NCBI GenBank assembly: GCA_965217775.1
Contig: CBDCJH010000002.1
Location: 6,112,001 to 6,176,000 of the forward strand
Reading direction: 5' to 3'
Source of the DNA: Acidobacteriota bacterium
GTDB taxonomy: Bacteria; Acidobacteriota; UBA6911; RPQK01; JAJDTT01
DNA length: 64,000 bases
Shown here piece after piece: positions 49,182 to 59,017 of the stretch (positions within the stretch are counted from its first letter, which is position 1; the number at the start of each line of letters is the position of its first letter). The position numbers were made by a program, and so were the translations under genes. The notes beneath the pieces are model-generated. The model saw nothing but the letters and a program-made list of their open reading frames with translations, searched no databases and was not told where the DNA came from.

Positions 49182-50305
49182 AGATCAGATCCGGTCGAAC
49201 GTCGCACGTCTGGCTGCGTCCGGGTGCCTTTGTCCTGGGAGTCGTCTCCTGCCTCGCGGGGGGAGTCTCTGCCCAGGAGGCCTTCGTCATGGACGAGTTG
49301 CAGGCGGAACGGGTGGTGGTGGCGCCCGGCGGCTATTTCCCGCGCATGGAGATTCTTAAGAACGGCGACCTGCTGGTCTCGGTGAAGGCGGGCGCCGCTC
49401 ACGTCGGCAAGACGGGGCGCGCCGACATCGTCCGCTCCACCGACGGAGGCCGCACCTGGGGCAAGCCGGTGACCGTGTTCGACCTGCCCGGCCGGGACGA
49501 CGCCATCGACGCCATGGGACGCCTCTCGGACGGAACCCTGATCGCCGGCATCGTGTCCTATTCCTGGGCGGGTGAGCGCTATACCGGTGAGGGATGGAGC
49601 GCGGACACCTGGGTGATCCGGTCGTCCGACCACGGGTTCACCTGGAGCGAGCCGGTCAAGCTCGAAGCCACGCCCCACGATTGGCTCTACCCCTTCGGGC
49701 GCCCCGTGGAACTGGAGGATGGGACGGTTCTCTTGTCCGGATACGGTTCGGCTCTTCCCAGGGACCGCAAGACGCCGACCACCTCCTTCGTGGTCCGGTC
49801 CCGGGACGGCGGCAAGACGTGGGGCGAGTACGTCCCGGTGGCCAGCCGTTTCGACGAGCTCTGCATTGCCCGGCTGCCCTCGGGGAAGCTGGTCGCCGCC
49901 CTGCGTGAGACCGGGGGCTCGGCCTCCCTCTCCTTCTCCTCCGACGGCGGCCGGACCTGGAGCGAAACGCGCCGCTTGACCGAGGCGGCGGAGCATCCCG
50001 CGGACCTGCTGGTGCTGGCCGACGGAAGACTGCTGATCTCCTTCGGCGTGCGCCATCAGCCCTACGGCGTCCAAGCCATGCTCAGCCGGGACGGAGGCGA
50101 GACCTGGTCCAAGCAGAAGAGGATCCTGTTGGCGTGGGACGGAGACCACGGTGACCTGGGTTACCCGGTCTCCATTCAGAGGCCCGACGGCAGAATCGTC
50201 ACCGCCTACTACATAGTCTACGGTGAACGGGACTCCTGGGGAGACAAAGGGGTCGCCATGAAGAACTCCTTCACCAAGGCGGTCATCTGGTCGCCGCCCC
50301 GATGA
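49178..50305 (+). CDS. Secreted sialidase-like (BNR/Asp-box) protein
   Basis: YFPR motif; five S.D.G.TW Asp-boxes; DLGYP. Confidence 0.88.
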   Translation: MKIRSGRTSHVWLRPGAFVLGVVSCLAGGVSAQEAFVMDELQAERVVVAPGGYFPRMEILKNGDLLVSVKAGAAHVGKTGRADIVRSTDGGRTWGKPVTVFDLPGRDDAIDAMGRLSDGTLIAGIVSYSWAGERYTGEGWSADTWVIRSSDHGFTWSEPVKLEATPHDWLYPFGRPVELEDGTVLLSGYGSALPRDRKTPTTSFVVRSRDGGKTWGEYVPVASRFDELCIARLPSGKLVAALRETGGSASLSFSSDGGRTWSETRRLTEAAEHPADLLVLADGRLLISFGVRHQPYGVQAMLSRDGGETWSKQKRILLAWDGDHGDLGYPVSIQRPDGRIVTAYYIVYGERDSWGDKGVAMKNSFTKAVIWSPPR

Positions 50306-52128
50306 GCCGAGCCCGGAGAACCCGGTCCCGAGCCGCCCGGAGGCGGCAGCCGCCACGCCCAACAAGCCGTTTCGACACGTCCCGACTGTTTCCCCTACTA
50401 CTTTTCCTGGTAGTGCTGGGGGTCTACGCCCCATCGGCGGTCAACGACTTCGTTTACGACGACAACGAAGTCATCGTCAACCAGAAGGCGCCCACCTCGT
50501 TCGCCGAGGTGGCCGGGATCTTCGGCGAACGCCACTTCCCCAATCTCCCCTATTACCGTCCCGTCACCCGGACCACTCTGCTCCTGCAGAAGACTTTCCA
50601 CGGAGACAACCCGGCCCCGTTTCACCTCTTGAACGCCACCTTCATGGCCCTGGCTGCTCTGGTGGTCTATTTCCTGCTGCGGCTCCCCGTCTTTGGGGTG
50701 GCCCGGACGCCGGCACTCTTGGGTGCGGCCCTCTTCGCGCTGCATCCGATCGCCTCTTCCTGTGTCTATCCCACCGCCTCCGGGCGGGAGACCCTGCTGC
50801 CGTCGCTCTGGACTCTGCTCTCGGTTTACGCGTACCTGCGGCCGGGCAGGAACTGGCGGGCGCTTTCGCTGGTGGCCTTCGCCGGCGCCCTCTTCAGCAA
50901 GGAGCAGGCGGTGGTGATCCCCGCCCTGTTCGTGCTGGCGGACGTTGCGGGAATAGCTCCGGACCCGCCCGGGTGGAAACCGCGCCGTTGGATCGTTCGC
51001 TACCTGCCTCTGTTTCCGATCCTGGCGGGATACTTCTGGATACGGCACCTCCTCTTCGGCGGTACCGAGTACGCCTTCGGCGAACTCTCGGGTCCGCTTC
51101 TCAGCCTGGGCTACGCCTTCCAGACGACGTTCCTTCCCTCCGTCGAACTGGTCTACGAGCCCACCTTGCCGATCTGGCTCTCGTGGCCGCGCTTGATCCT
51201 GTCCTGCCTGGCCGTTGCGGGGTTGCTGGTCCTGGCCCTGCGCCTGGAGTCCCGGCGCCGCCCCGTGCTCCTCTTCTGGACGGGCTGGTTCCTGGTGACC
51301 CTGGCGCCCACCGCCAACATCATCCAACAGGAGGCCAAGTACGACGAGCGCTACCTGTTCCTGGCCTCTCTGGCGCTGATCGCCCTAGCCATGGCTGCGG
51401 TTTTCCAGGGAGAATGGTCAGGCCAGCTCGGCACGACCACGACCGTAGTGGGCCTCCTCCTGGTCGGAATCGCGGGACTCATCAGCTACCACCGGTCCGC
51501 CTATTTCCACGACAACCTGGCCTTCAGCCGCCAGTGGCTCCGGACCGACCCTGATTCGGTCAACGCCCACTACAACCTGGGCTTCGGTCTGGCTCAATTG
51601 GGACGTCATCAGGAGGCGGTGGGGGCCTATGAGCGGGCTCTGGGGATCGAGCCGGACTACGGCTTCGCGCACAACAATCTGGGAAACGCCCTGACCCAGG
51701 TGGGAAGACCTGAGGAGGCGATCGGGCACTTCCGAAAAGCCTTGGAACTCGATCCAGCCTATGCCGAGGCGCACCACAACCTGGCCAACGTCCTGGTGGA
51801 GGAGAACCGGCGCGACGAAGCGATGGAGCATTTACGGGAGGCTGTGCGGCTCCGGCCCGACTTCGCCGAGGCCCAAATGAATCTGGGCAACCTCCTCACC
51901 GAAAAGGGGAACGCCGCGGAGGCGGTCACCCACTACCGCTCGGCCCTGAAACTGAAGCCCGACTTCGCCGAAGCCCACAACAATCTGGCCAACGCGCTGG
52001 TGGCGTTGGGGCGGCTTCGGGAGGCGATCTCGCATTACTCGGAGGCTCTCCGGATCCGTCCCGGCTATCCCGAGGCCCGGCGCAACCGGGAAATAGTATT
52101 GATGGAGTTGACGAGAACCGGAGGTTGA
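50302..52128 (+). CDS. TMTC-like membrane glycosyltransferase with TPR repeats
   Basis: FVYDD, YYRPV, LFALHP, SKE, ERYLFL; about 6 C-terminal AHNNL TPRs. Confidence 0.85.
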   Translation: MSRARRTRSRAARRRQPPRPTSRFDTSRLFPLLLFLVVLGVYAPSAVNDFVYDDNEVIVNQKAPTSFAEVAGIFGERHFPNLPYYRPVTRTTLLLQKTFHGDNPAPFHLLNATFMALAALVVYFLLRLPVFGVARTPALLGAALFALHPIASSCVYPTASGRETLLPSLWTLLSVYAYLRPGRNWRALSLVAFAGALFSKEQAVVIPALFVLADVAGIAPDPPGWKPRRWIVRYLPLFPILAGYFWIRHLLFGGTEYAFGELSGPLLSLGYAFQTTFLPSVELVYEPTLPIWLSWPRLILSCLAVAGLLVLALRLESRRRPVLLFWTGWFLVTLAPTANIIQQEAKYDERYLFLASLALIALAMAAVFQGEWSGQLGTTTTVVGLLLVGIAGLISYHRSAYFHDNLAFSRQWLRTDPDSVNAHYNLGFGLAQLGRHQEAVGAYERALGIEPDYGFAHNNLGNALTQVGRPEEAIGHFRKALELDPAYAEAHHNLANVLVEENRRDEAMEHLREAVRLRPDFAEAQMNLGNLLTEKGNAAEAVTHYRSALKLKPDFAEAHNNLANALVALGRLREAISHYSEALRIRPGYPEARRNREIVLMELTRTGG

Positions 52129-52274
52129 GTCTGCCGCGGGCCGTACGTTCACGGTCGCCCGAGGGGCCGCGGCCAAGGTCGAACGCGAAGACGACTCGTG
52201 CCGCAGGCTGATATCATGGGGGCAACGAAGTCAACGGATTCCCGGGAAACGCCCGATCGAAGGGGAAGAGACAG

Positions 52275-53900
52275 ATGTCATCGAGCTTGAGATGGAGCGG
52301 CGGTCCAGTGGCATTGCTGGTTCTTCTGGGCCTGTTGGCCGGCGGCTTCCGGCCCGGGTTGCCGGAAGAGGAGGATCAACGGTCGAAGCAGGCGCAGGAA
52401 GAGCAGGATTACTTCAAGAAGTGGCTCAGCGAAGACGTGGTCTACATCATCACGAAAGAAGAACGGTCCGTCTTCGAGAAGCTCAACACGCCTGAAGAGA
52501 AGGAGCGGTTCATCGAGCAGTTCTGGGTCCGCCGCGATCCCTCCCCGGGGACCTCCTACAACGACTTCAAGGAAGAGCACTACCGGCGGATCAAGTACTC
52601 CAACGAGCGCTACGCCGCGGGCTTCCCGGGCTGGATGTCGGATCGGGGGAAGATCTACATCAAGTTCGGTCCTCCCGACGAGATCCGAAGCAACCCCAGC
52701 GGTGGGATCCACACTCGGGAATTCTACGAGGGAGGCGGCACGGCGGTCACCTTTCCCTTCGAGATCTGGTGGTACCGGTATATCGAGGGGATGGGGCAGG
52801 ACATCGAGATGGAATTCGTGGACCGTCTCAACAGCGGCGAGTTCCGGCTGGCCATGGACCAGTGGGAAAAAGAGGTCGGATTCGAGATGGGGATCGGACC
52901 CACCACCTTCGAGCAACTGGGACTGGTGAGCCGGGCGGAAATGAACCGGGCGCGTTTCCTGGGCAACCCGGGCAACCCCTACATCCACAGCACGCGCATC
53001 CAGGACCAGCCTCTGGAACGGCTGAGCCGTTACAGTCAACTCATGAAACCGCCCGTGATCCGGTTCGACGACCTGAGGACGGTGGTGGAGACCCGGGTCC
53101 GGTTCCAACAGATCCCGGTTTCCCTGGTGGCTCACATCACACCTGTTCACGAGAGCCTGAGCTTGGCGTTGGTGACGGCCAAGATCCAGGTCAGCCCGGA
53201 AAACTACGTCCGGATCGGAGAGGTCTGGCGTGCCGAAACCCATATCTACGGCCGGATGACCGACCTCACCGGAAAGGTCGTCTACGAGTTCGATGACGAC
53301 GTGGTCAGCACCCTTGGCACCGCGCCGTCCGGTCTCGGAACTGCCCAACGCCTGTATCAGAGGAAGATTCCCGTCAAGCGGGGACGGTTCAAGCTCCAGT
53401 TCGTAGTGCGGGAGGTGAAGTCGGAGAAGACCGGAACCTTGGACACCGTGGTCGTGGTGCCGGGTCCGTCGGAGAAGCTCCGGGGCACCCTGGTGCTGGC
53501 GGACCGGGCCGCCCCGGTCCGGCCGGGAGAGTCCCTGGTCGACCCCTTCGTGGTCACCGAGGACCTGAAGGTGTATCCCAGCATCGATGGAATGTTCGCC
53601 CCCTCGGATCGGCTGGGCGTCTACCTGGAGGTTCACAATCTGGCCCAGGACATGGCGACCCAGACGGCGGACGTGAAATTCCGCTACAGCGTGGTCTCCA
53701 AGGATGGAACGCCCGTCGCCGATCTGGACAAGGAGCTGGAGCCGAGGCAGGTCGAGAACAACTCGGTGGTCAACGCCTTCTTCGCCTTTCCCCTTCAGAG
53801 GTTGGCGGCCGGTGAGTACTCGTTCCAGATGGAGGTGACGGATCTGATCTCGGAAAACCGCCTGCTGCTCAAGGACAACTTCAGCATCGAAGCCAACTGA
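52275..53900 (+). CDS. GWxTD-domain protein
   Basis: KKWL.EDVVYII..EE, FIEQFW.RRDP, EEHYRRI, GWMSDRGKIYI.FGPPD. Confidence 0.9.
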   Translation: MSSSLRWSGGPVALLVLLGLLAGGFRPGLPEEEDQRSKQAQEEQDYFKKWLSEDVVYIITKEERSVFEKLNTPEEKERFIEQFWVRRDPSPGTSYNDFKEEHYRRIKYSNERYAAGFPGWMSDRGKIYIKFGPPDEIRSNPSGGIHTREFYEGGGTAVTFPFEIWWYRYIEGMGQDIEMEFVDRLNSGEFRLAMDQWEKEVGFEMGIGPTTFEQLGLVSRAEMNRARFLGNPGNPYIHSTRIQDQPLERLSRYSQLMKPPVIRFDDLRTVVETRVRFQQIPVSLVAHITPVHESLSLALVTAKIQVSPENYVRIGEVWRAETHIYGRMTDLTGKVVYEFDDDVVSTLGTAPSGLGTAQRLYQRKIPVKRGRFKLQFVVREVKSEKTGTLDTVVVVPGPSEKLRGTLVLADRAAPVRPGESLVDPFVVTEDLKVYPSIDGMFAPSDRLGVYLEVHNLAQDMATQTADVKFRYSVVSKDGTPVADLDKELEPRQVENNSVVNAFFAFPLQRLAAGEYSFQMEVTDLISENRLLLKDNFSIEAN

Positions 53901-53924
53901 CCGGGCGGTAGACTGCCCCCTGGC

Positions 53925-55826
53925 TTGAGCATGCTCTCGTTCATCAACAGTCTGCCGGATCGGATCTCCGGAACCCGAGCGTGGGCGCTGACGCTGCTGC
54001 TCGCGAGCTTGGCCTTCCTGGCGGCGCTGGAGTCGTGGTCCAGGCTCTCAGCCGCTCAGGGTCGTCCCGCCGCTCCTTCGGGAATCATTCTGATCACGGT
54101 GGACACGCTTCGGGCCGACCGGCTCGAAGCCTACGGCTATGCCGGGACGCCGAATCCGGCGGTCAACGCCCTGGCGGAGGACGGCGTTCTGTTCGAGCAG
54201 GTCATCGCCCAGTCACCGCTCACGCTCCCTTCCCACTGCTCCATACTGACCGGCACCTTTCCCTACCACACGGGAGTTCGGGACCAGGCCGGGTTCAGCC
54301 TGAAGCCGGAGCATCTGACGCTGGCCGAGCGGCTCCGGTCCCAAGGGTATCGGACGGCGGCCTTCATCGGCTCCTCCGTCCTCAACGCCGGGACGGGGCT
54401 GGATCAGGGGTTCGATCTCTACTGGGATCTTCCCGAACAGGGTCCTCCCGAGCGGCGGGGCGGGGAAGTGATGAACCGGGCGCTGGAGTGGATGTCTTCC
54501 CAGGGAGACGGCAAGTTCTTCACCTGGATTCACCTTTTCGATCCCCATTCCCCCTATGGTGCTCCCGAGCCCTTCGGGGGCCGTTACCGGGCCCGCCCCT
54601 ACGATGGCGAGGTGGCCTACGTCGACTCGCTGACCGGCGACCTGGTCCGGCATCTGAAACGGCTTCGGCTCTACGATCGGACGCTTCTCGTCTTCACCAG
54701 CGATCACGGAGAGAGTCTGGGAGAGCACGGCGAGTCGAGTCACGGCATGTTCCTCTACGACGCCACCGTGCGGATTCCGCTCATCCTCAAAGCCGCCGCC
54801 TCGACCTGGAAGGGAAAGGTGATCCGGGAACAGGTGAGGGGCGTGGATATCGCCCCGACCATCCTCCAACTGGCCGGTCTGCGGGTGGATGACCGGATTC
54901 AGGGGAGGGGTCTCCTCTCCCTGATCCGCGGTCGTTGGAACCAGCCGGAGCTGGCCGCCTACAGCGAGACCTACTATCCGTACTACCACTTCCAGTGGAG
55001 TCCGCTCTTCTCCATGCGGGCTCGCGGCTTCAAGTACATCGACGCGCCCCAGCCGGAGCTCTACGAGCTGGCAAGCGACGCGGGAGAGCGGCGGAACATC
55101 ATCGGGGAACGGCCCTCCATGGCGGCGTATCTGAAGGAGACGCTGGAAGGGGAGTACCAGAAGTTCTCCGCCGGCCGCGACGAGCCTCCCCAGCCGGAGC
55201 AGATGGACCGGGCCACCATCGAGCGGCTCAAGAGCCTGGGCTACCTGGGTTTCGCCTCAGGCACCGCCAAGCTCCCGTCCACCGAGGGACTGGCGGACCC
55301 CAAGGACCGGATCGGGCTCTACGAACTGCTGCAGCAGGCGTTCCAGGACTCGGAGGAGGGACGCCTCATCGAATCCAACAGCAAGTTGAGAAAGGTGGTG
55401 GCTCAGGAAGAGGGTCTGATCGACGCCCACCTCTACCTGGGTCTGAACTCGGTGCGGATGGGGCAGTTCAGCGATGCCGTCGAGGCCTTCCAGGCCGTGC
55501 TCCGCCGCGACCCTGGCAACCTGATGGCCCTCTACAACCTCTCCCTCTCCTACCTCAATCAAGGCCGTCCCGAGGCGGCCGTGCCCGGTCTGGAACGAAC
55601 CCTTCAACTGGACCCGGAAGACGTGACGGCCCGGGTCGCCCTGGGAAGGGCCTACCAGTTGATCGGCAGACTGGATGACGCCGTCGATGCTTTGGAAAAG
55701 GCCGTCGCCGCCCGTCCGGATTTTGCCGATGCCCTCGACTTTCTGAGCCAGGCCTATGCCCGGAAAGGATGGACCGCCAAAGCCGAAGCGGCCCGCCGGC
55801 GCGCCGACTCGGCGCGAAAACGCTGA
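53925..55826 (+). CDS. Sulfatase-like hydrolase/transferase with C-terminal TPRs
   Basis: LITVDTLRAD, TLPSH.SILTG, HLFDPH.PY, SDHGE.LGEH, LKSLGY; TPR tail. Confidence 0.9.
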   Translation: MSMLSFINSLPDRISGTRAWALTLLLASLAFLAALESWSRLSAAQGRPAAPSGIILITVDTLRADRLEAYGYAGTPNPAVNALAEDGVLFEQVIAQSPLTLPSHCSILTGTFPYHTGVRDQAGFSLKPEHLTLAERLRSQGYRTAAFIGSSVLNAGTGLDQGFDLYWDLPEQGPPERRGGEVMNRALEWMSSQGDGKFFTWIHLFDPHSPYGAPEPFGGRYRARPYDGEVAYVDSLTGDLVRHLKRLRLYDRTLLVFTSDHGESLGEHGESSHGMFLYDATVRIPLILKAAASTWKGKVIREQVRGVDIAPTILQLAGLRVDDRIQGRGLLSLIRGRWNQPELAAYSETYYPYYHFQWSPLFSMRARGFKYIDAPQPELYELASDAGERRNIIGERPSMAAYLKETLEGEYQKFSAGRDEPPQPEQMDRATIERLKSLGYLGFASGTAKLPSTEGLADPKDRIGLYELLQQAFQDSEEGRLIESNSKLRKVVAQEEGLIDAHLYLGLNSVRMGQFSDAVEAFQAVLRRDPGNLMALYNLSLSYLNQGRPEAAVPGLERTLQLDPEDVTARVALGRAYQLIGRLDDAVDALEKAVAARPDFADALDFLSQAYARKGWTAKAEAARRRADSARKR

Positions 55827-55986
55827 GCCCTTCCACCAGGGTTTTCGCGAACTGATTTTCTCTCAATCCTCATCTCCCGTTCTTGACCGGCAACCCTCCG
55901 GCGGCTACGCTTTGCGCGTTGAAAACGAGGCCGCGGCCGATCCGTCCGCGAGCTTTCACCCGGTTCATAAGGAGGTTAGGAATCGA

Positions 55987-57000
55987 ATGTATCTGACCAA
56001 CGAGAAAGTCGCCGTTCTGGGCGCCGCCGGCGCCATCGGCTCCAACCTGGTGCAGTCGCTGCTTCAGACCGGAACCGCCAATCGGATCTCCATGTACGAC
56101 CCGTTGGAAGGTCCGCTCAAGGGGTCGGCCGATGAGATCTATCACTGTTCGTTTCCGGGAGCCCAAGTGACCTGGACCGTGGACGAGGCGGAGGCCCTCG
56201 CGGACGCCGCCTACATCATCACCGCGGGAGGCGCTCCTCGCCGTGCTGGCATGACCCGGGAGGACCTGCGCAAGGACAACTGCAAGATCGCCCGGAACCT
56301 GGGCCAACAGATCAAGCGGCACTGTCCGGCCTGCAAGCTGGCCGTCGTCATCTTCAATCCCGCCGACATCACGGGCCTCACCACCCTGGTCCACTCGGGC
56401 CTGCCGGGGTCGGCGGTCTCGACCCTGGCCGCGTTGGACAGCACCCGGCTCCAGAGTGCGCTGGCCCAACATTTCTCCGTCGCCCAGGATCAGGTGACCG
56501 GTTGCGCCACCTACGGGGGGCACGGCGAGCAGATGGCCGTCTTCAAGGGCAGCATCGCCGTCGCCGGGACGCCCCTTGGCGAGATTCTCGATGGCGCCAC
56601 CGTCGAGGGCCAGGGCCTGACGCTGAGCCAATGGGCCGATCTACAGCAGCAGGTCCGGGGGGGCGGCGCGGCCATCATCAAGCTGCGAGGGCGTTCTTCC
56701 TTCCAGTCCCCGGCTCACCTGAGCACTTCCATGCTCCGGGGCCGCATCGGAGCCGACGAATTTCCCTGGCCCTGCGGCACCTACGTCAACCGGGGCGAGT
56801 TCCGCCACATCATGATGGCCATGGACACGCGCTTCGGACCCGACGGCCTCGAGTACTCGATGCCCGAAGGAGACGCCGAGGACATGGCCGCGCTCCGGAA
56901 CTCCTACCGGCACCTGACGAACCTCCGGGACCAGACCATCGCCGACGGACTTCTGCCGCCGTTGGACGAGTGGAAGGACGTGAATCCGAACCTGGTGTGA
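55987..57000 (+). CDS. mdh: Malate dehydrogenase
   Basis: GAAGAIG, GGAPRRAGMTREDL, FNPAD, LDSTR, GGHGE, RGRSSF; AGGAGG RBS. Confidence 0.9.
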   Translation: MYLTNEKVAVLGAAGAIGSNLVQSLLQTGTANRISMYDPLEGPLKGSADEIYHCSFPGAQVTWTVDEAEALADAAYIITAGGAPRRAGMTREDLRKDNCKIARNLGQQIKRHCPACKLAVVIFNPADITGLTTLVHSGLPGSAVSTLAALDSTRLQSALAQHFSVAQDQVTGCATYGGHGEQMAVFKGSIAVAGTPLGEILDGATVEGQGLTLSQWADLQQQVRGGGAAIIKLRGRSSFQSPAHLSTSMLRGRIGADEFPWPCGTYVNRGEFRHIMMAMDTRFGPDGLEYSMPEGDAEDMAALRNSYRHLTNLRDQTIADGLLPPLDEWKDVNPNLV

Positions 57001-57096
57001 AGTGTTACGGTCGCTCGATACCGGGCGATCTTGGCACCGATACCCCGTCATTGACGCTGCTCTGAGTTGGCGAAGGCGCAGCAGGCAGAGCGCGGG

Positions 57097-57315
57097 TTAA
57101 AGGTCTGAATAGGCCTTGGTGTCCGCTTCCGATCGCCATTCCTCGAAGGTGCGGAACGCGTCGTCCCTCGTGGCGCCTCGCCTCGGCTTGGTGAGGATTA
57201 CTTGTCCATCAATGATCTCGTACAACAGCTCGTCCCCGGGCTGCAACCCGAGCGCAGTGCGGATCGGAAGCGGGATGGTTGTCTGGGCCTTGGAAGTAAG
57301 CTTGCTGATGATCAT
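57097..57315 (-). CDS. AbrB/MazE(PrlF)-type antitoxin, orphan
   Basis: SKLTSKAQTTIP..IR.ALGL.PGD; F.EW.SEAD..AY tail. Confidence 0.85.
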   Translation of the reverse strand: MIISKLTSKAQTTIPLPIRTALGLQPGDELLYEIIDGQVILTKPRRGATRDDAFRTFEEWRSEADTKAYSDL

Positions 57316-57472
57316 GGAACCGACCTCCGTCTGGTTTGTCGGCCTCCCCCATTGTGAGGAATTTCCTTACTTGCTGTCACCCCTCCATGACGTCACCTCT
57401 CACCGCGAACCAGACCCAGAGCGCTCTTGGTCATAGTCCTGCGGGGAGGGCCGCTGTGGAAGAATCGGAAGA

Positions 57473-57498
57473 GAGGAGAAGGGGACAGTCACGTTCTC
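57473..57498 (+). repeat. 26-bp direct repeat, copy 1
   Basis: GAGGAGAAGGGGACAGTCACGTTCTC; 25/26 identical to 58339-58364. Confidence 0.85.
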
Positions 57499-57601
57499 AA
57501 CGGCCAATTTCTGCGTACCCATGATCTGCTACAGGGGATAAATTATTGAGTTTCCTGGGCGCAATTTGAAAAAGTCGCTACCAGTTGCTACTTTGTTTCG
57601 T

Positions 57602-57895
57602 ATGAGATCGGTTGGGATAAAGATGCTCAACAGCCGTTTGAGCGAGTACATTCGCCTCGCAGCGTCGGGGGAGACGGTTCTGGTGACAGACCGTGACCGA
57701 GTCGTCGCGGAAATCGGTCCGCCTAGGCCAACCAGGAGCCCGATTCTTGCCGACGCGTTGCTGGCAGAGGCGGTACGCAAGGGCTGTTTGACCCCGCCGG
57801 CGCTGCCGTCTGTTGGTACGCCGCTGACCCCCGAACCAGTAGCGCCGCTCCGGGATCTACTTGCCGAAATGGCTGAAGACCGAAGCGAGCGATGA
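57602..57895 (+). CDS. Phd/YefM-type antitoxin (VapB partner)
   Basis: VGIKML..RLSEYIR.A..GETVLVTDR..VVAE; overlaps the PIN gene. Confidence 0.85.
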   Translation: MRSVGIKMLNSRLSEYIRLAASGETVLVTDRDRVVAEIGPPRPTRSPILADALLAEAVRKGCLTPPALPSVGTPLTPEPVAPLRDLLAEMAEDRSER

Positions 57896-58287
57896 TCTAC
57901 CTCGATACCTCCGTAGTGCTTGCCCAACTGTTGGCTGAAGACCGCCGCCCACCCGTCTGGCTCTGGACCGAGACCCTCGTATCCAGCCGGTTGATGGAGT
58001 ACGAGGTATGGACCCGGCTTCACGCGCGCAATCTCGCCGATTCCCACGGTGAGGCGGCCCTTGGGCTCATTGGACGAGTTGCGTTTCTGGAACTCACTCC
58101 AGCAGTGCTGGTCCGCGCTCTGGATGCTTTTCCTGAGTCTGTTGCCGTGCGGACCCTGGATGCCCTGCATCTGGCCTCCTGCGACTATCTGCTCAGGCAG
58201 GGACAGTCGGTCGCACTTGCGAGCTATGATCGCCGGATGACCGCAATCGCCGACGCCATGAACATCCCCCTCGTGGACTTGGAATAA
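57892..58287 (+). CDS. vapC: PIN-domain toxin (VapC family)
   Basis: IYLDTS, E, RTLDALHLA, YDRRM. Confidence 0.9.
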   Translation: MIYLDTSVVLAQLLAEDRRPPVWLWTETLVSSRLMEYEVWTRLHARNLADSHGEAALGLIGRVAFLELTPAVLVRALDAFPESVAVRTLDALHLASCDYLLRQGQSVALASYDRRMTAIADAMNIPLVDLE

Positions 58288-58338
58288 GCCTGAACCACCT
58301 GCGAAATCCTTGGTGGATCGCCCGCAAAGTTCCATTCG

Positions 58339-58364
58339 GAGGAGAAGGGGACAGTCACTTTCTC
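58339..58364 (+). repeat. 26-bp direct repeat, copy 2
   Basis: GAGGAGAAGGGGACAGTCACTTTCTC. Confidence 0.85.
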
Positions 58365-58368
58365 TACG

Positions 58369-58490
58369 CGACTCCAGAGCGCGCTGCCCCAACGTTTCTC
58401 GGTCGCCCACTACCAGGTGACCGGTTGCGCCACCTCCGGCGGGCACGGCGAGCAGATGGCCGTGTTCAAAGGCAGCATTGCCGTCGCCGG
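58369..58490 (+). pseudogene. 122-bp diverged copy of an internal mdh segment
   Basis: Ungapped match to 56446-56567 (RLQSAL...GGHGEQMAVFKGSIAVAG). Confidence 0.92.
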
Positions 58491-58787
58491 TCCTGAGTGG
58501 GTCTGGTTTTCTATTTGGGATACCGGGAATGAACGAGGGTTCGGAAGTCACTCACAGATCAAGCTGCTGGGGTTGCGCGTGCCAGGTTACTCGCAGCTCA
58601 CGTCCACGGAAAGGCCGATCCGTTGTGCCCCGCTGACCGTGGCCAGTACTCCAGTGGCTCGGCCACGGGAGCCGTTCCAGTCCGTGTGAAGAAGCGGATG
58701 GCAGCGACGACCATGAGTCTCCGTCCTCCCGCCGCCAGAGAATGCCACCGGGACCCATACCGGTGTGAAAGGCGAGTTGAACCTTAA

Positions 58788-58945
58788 CAGCCCGTGGCAA
58801 AAGTCATCACGGCATTCGACCGTCCCTGCATCCCGGCGGACGGCGTTGCGATTCGGGCACATACTCCCGGTATGCACCCGAATCGCGCCTTGTCCGGCGG
58901 GCGCAGGAACGGTCTCGGTGCTCGCGGGACTTTCACCACGGACTG
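58788..58945 (+). mobile_element. 158-bp MITE, full copy, 4-bp target duplication TTAA
   Basis: TIRs CAGCCCGTGGCAAAAGTC / GACTTTCACCACGGACTG; TTAA at 58784-58787 and 58946-58949; internal hairpin GCGATTCGGG...CCCGAATCGC. Confidence 0.95.
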
Positions 58946-59017
58946 TTAAGGTGAGTAAGGGGGCAGTTCGGACTTGGACTCGGAAACTCCCCGGGAAGAA
59001 GGCGTGAATGACCAGGT

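Noticed and set aside
58369-58490. mdh fragment as attR of an island integrated in mdh
   Set aside because: The duplicate is internal, diverged and not followed by the rest of the gene, and there is no integrase; kept instead as a capture-type finding.
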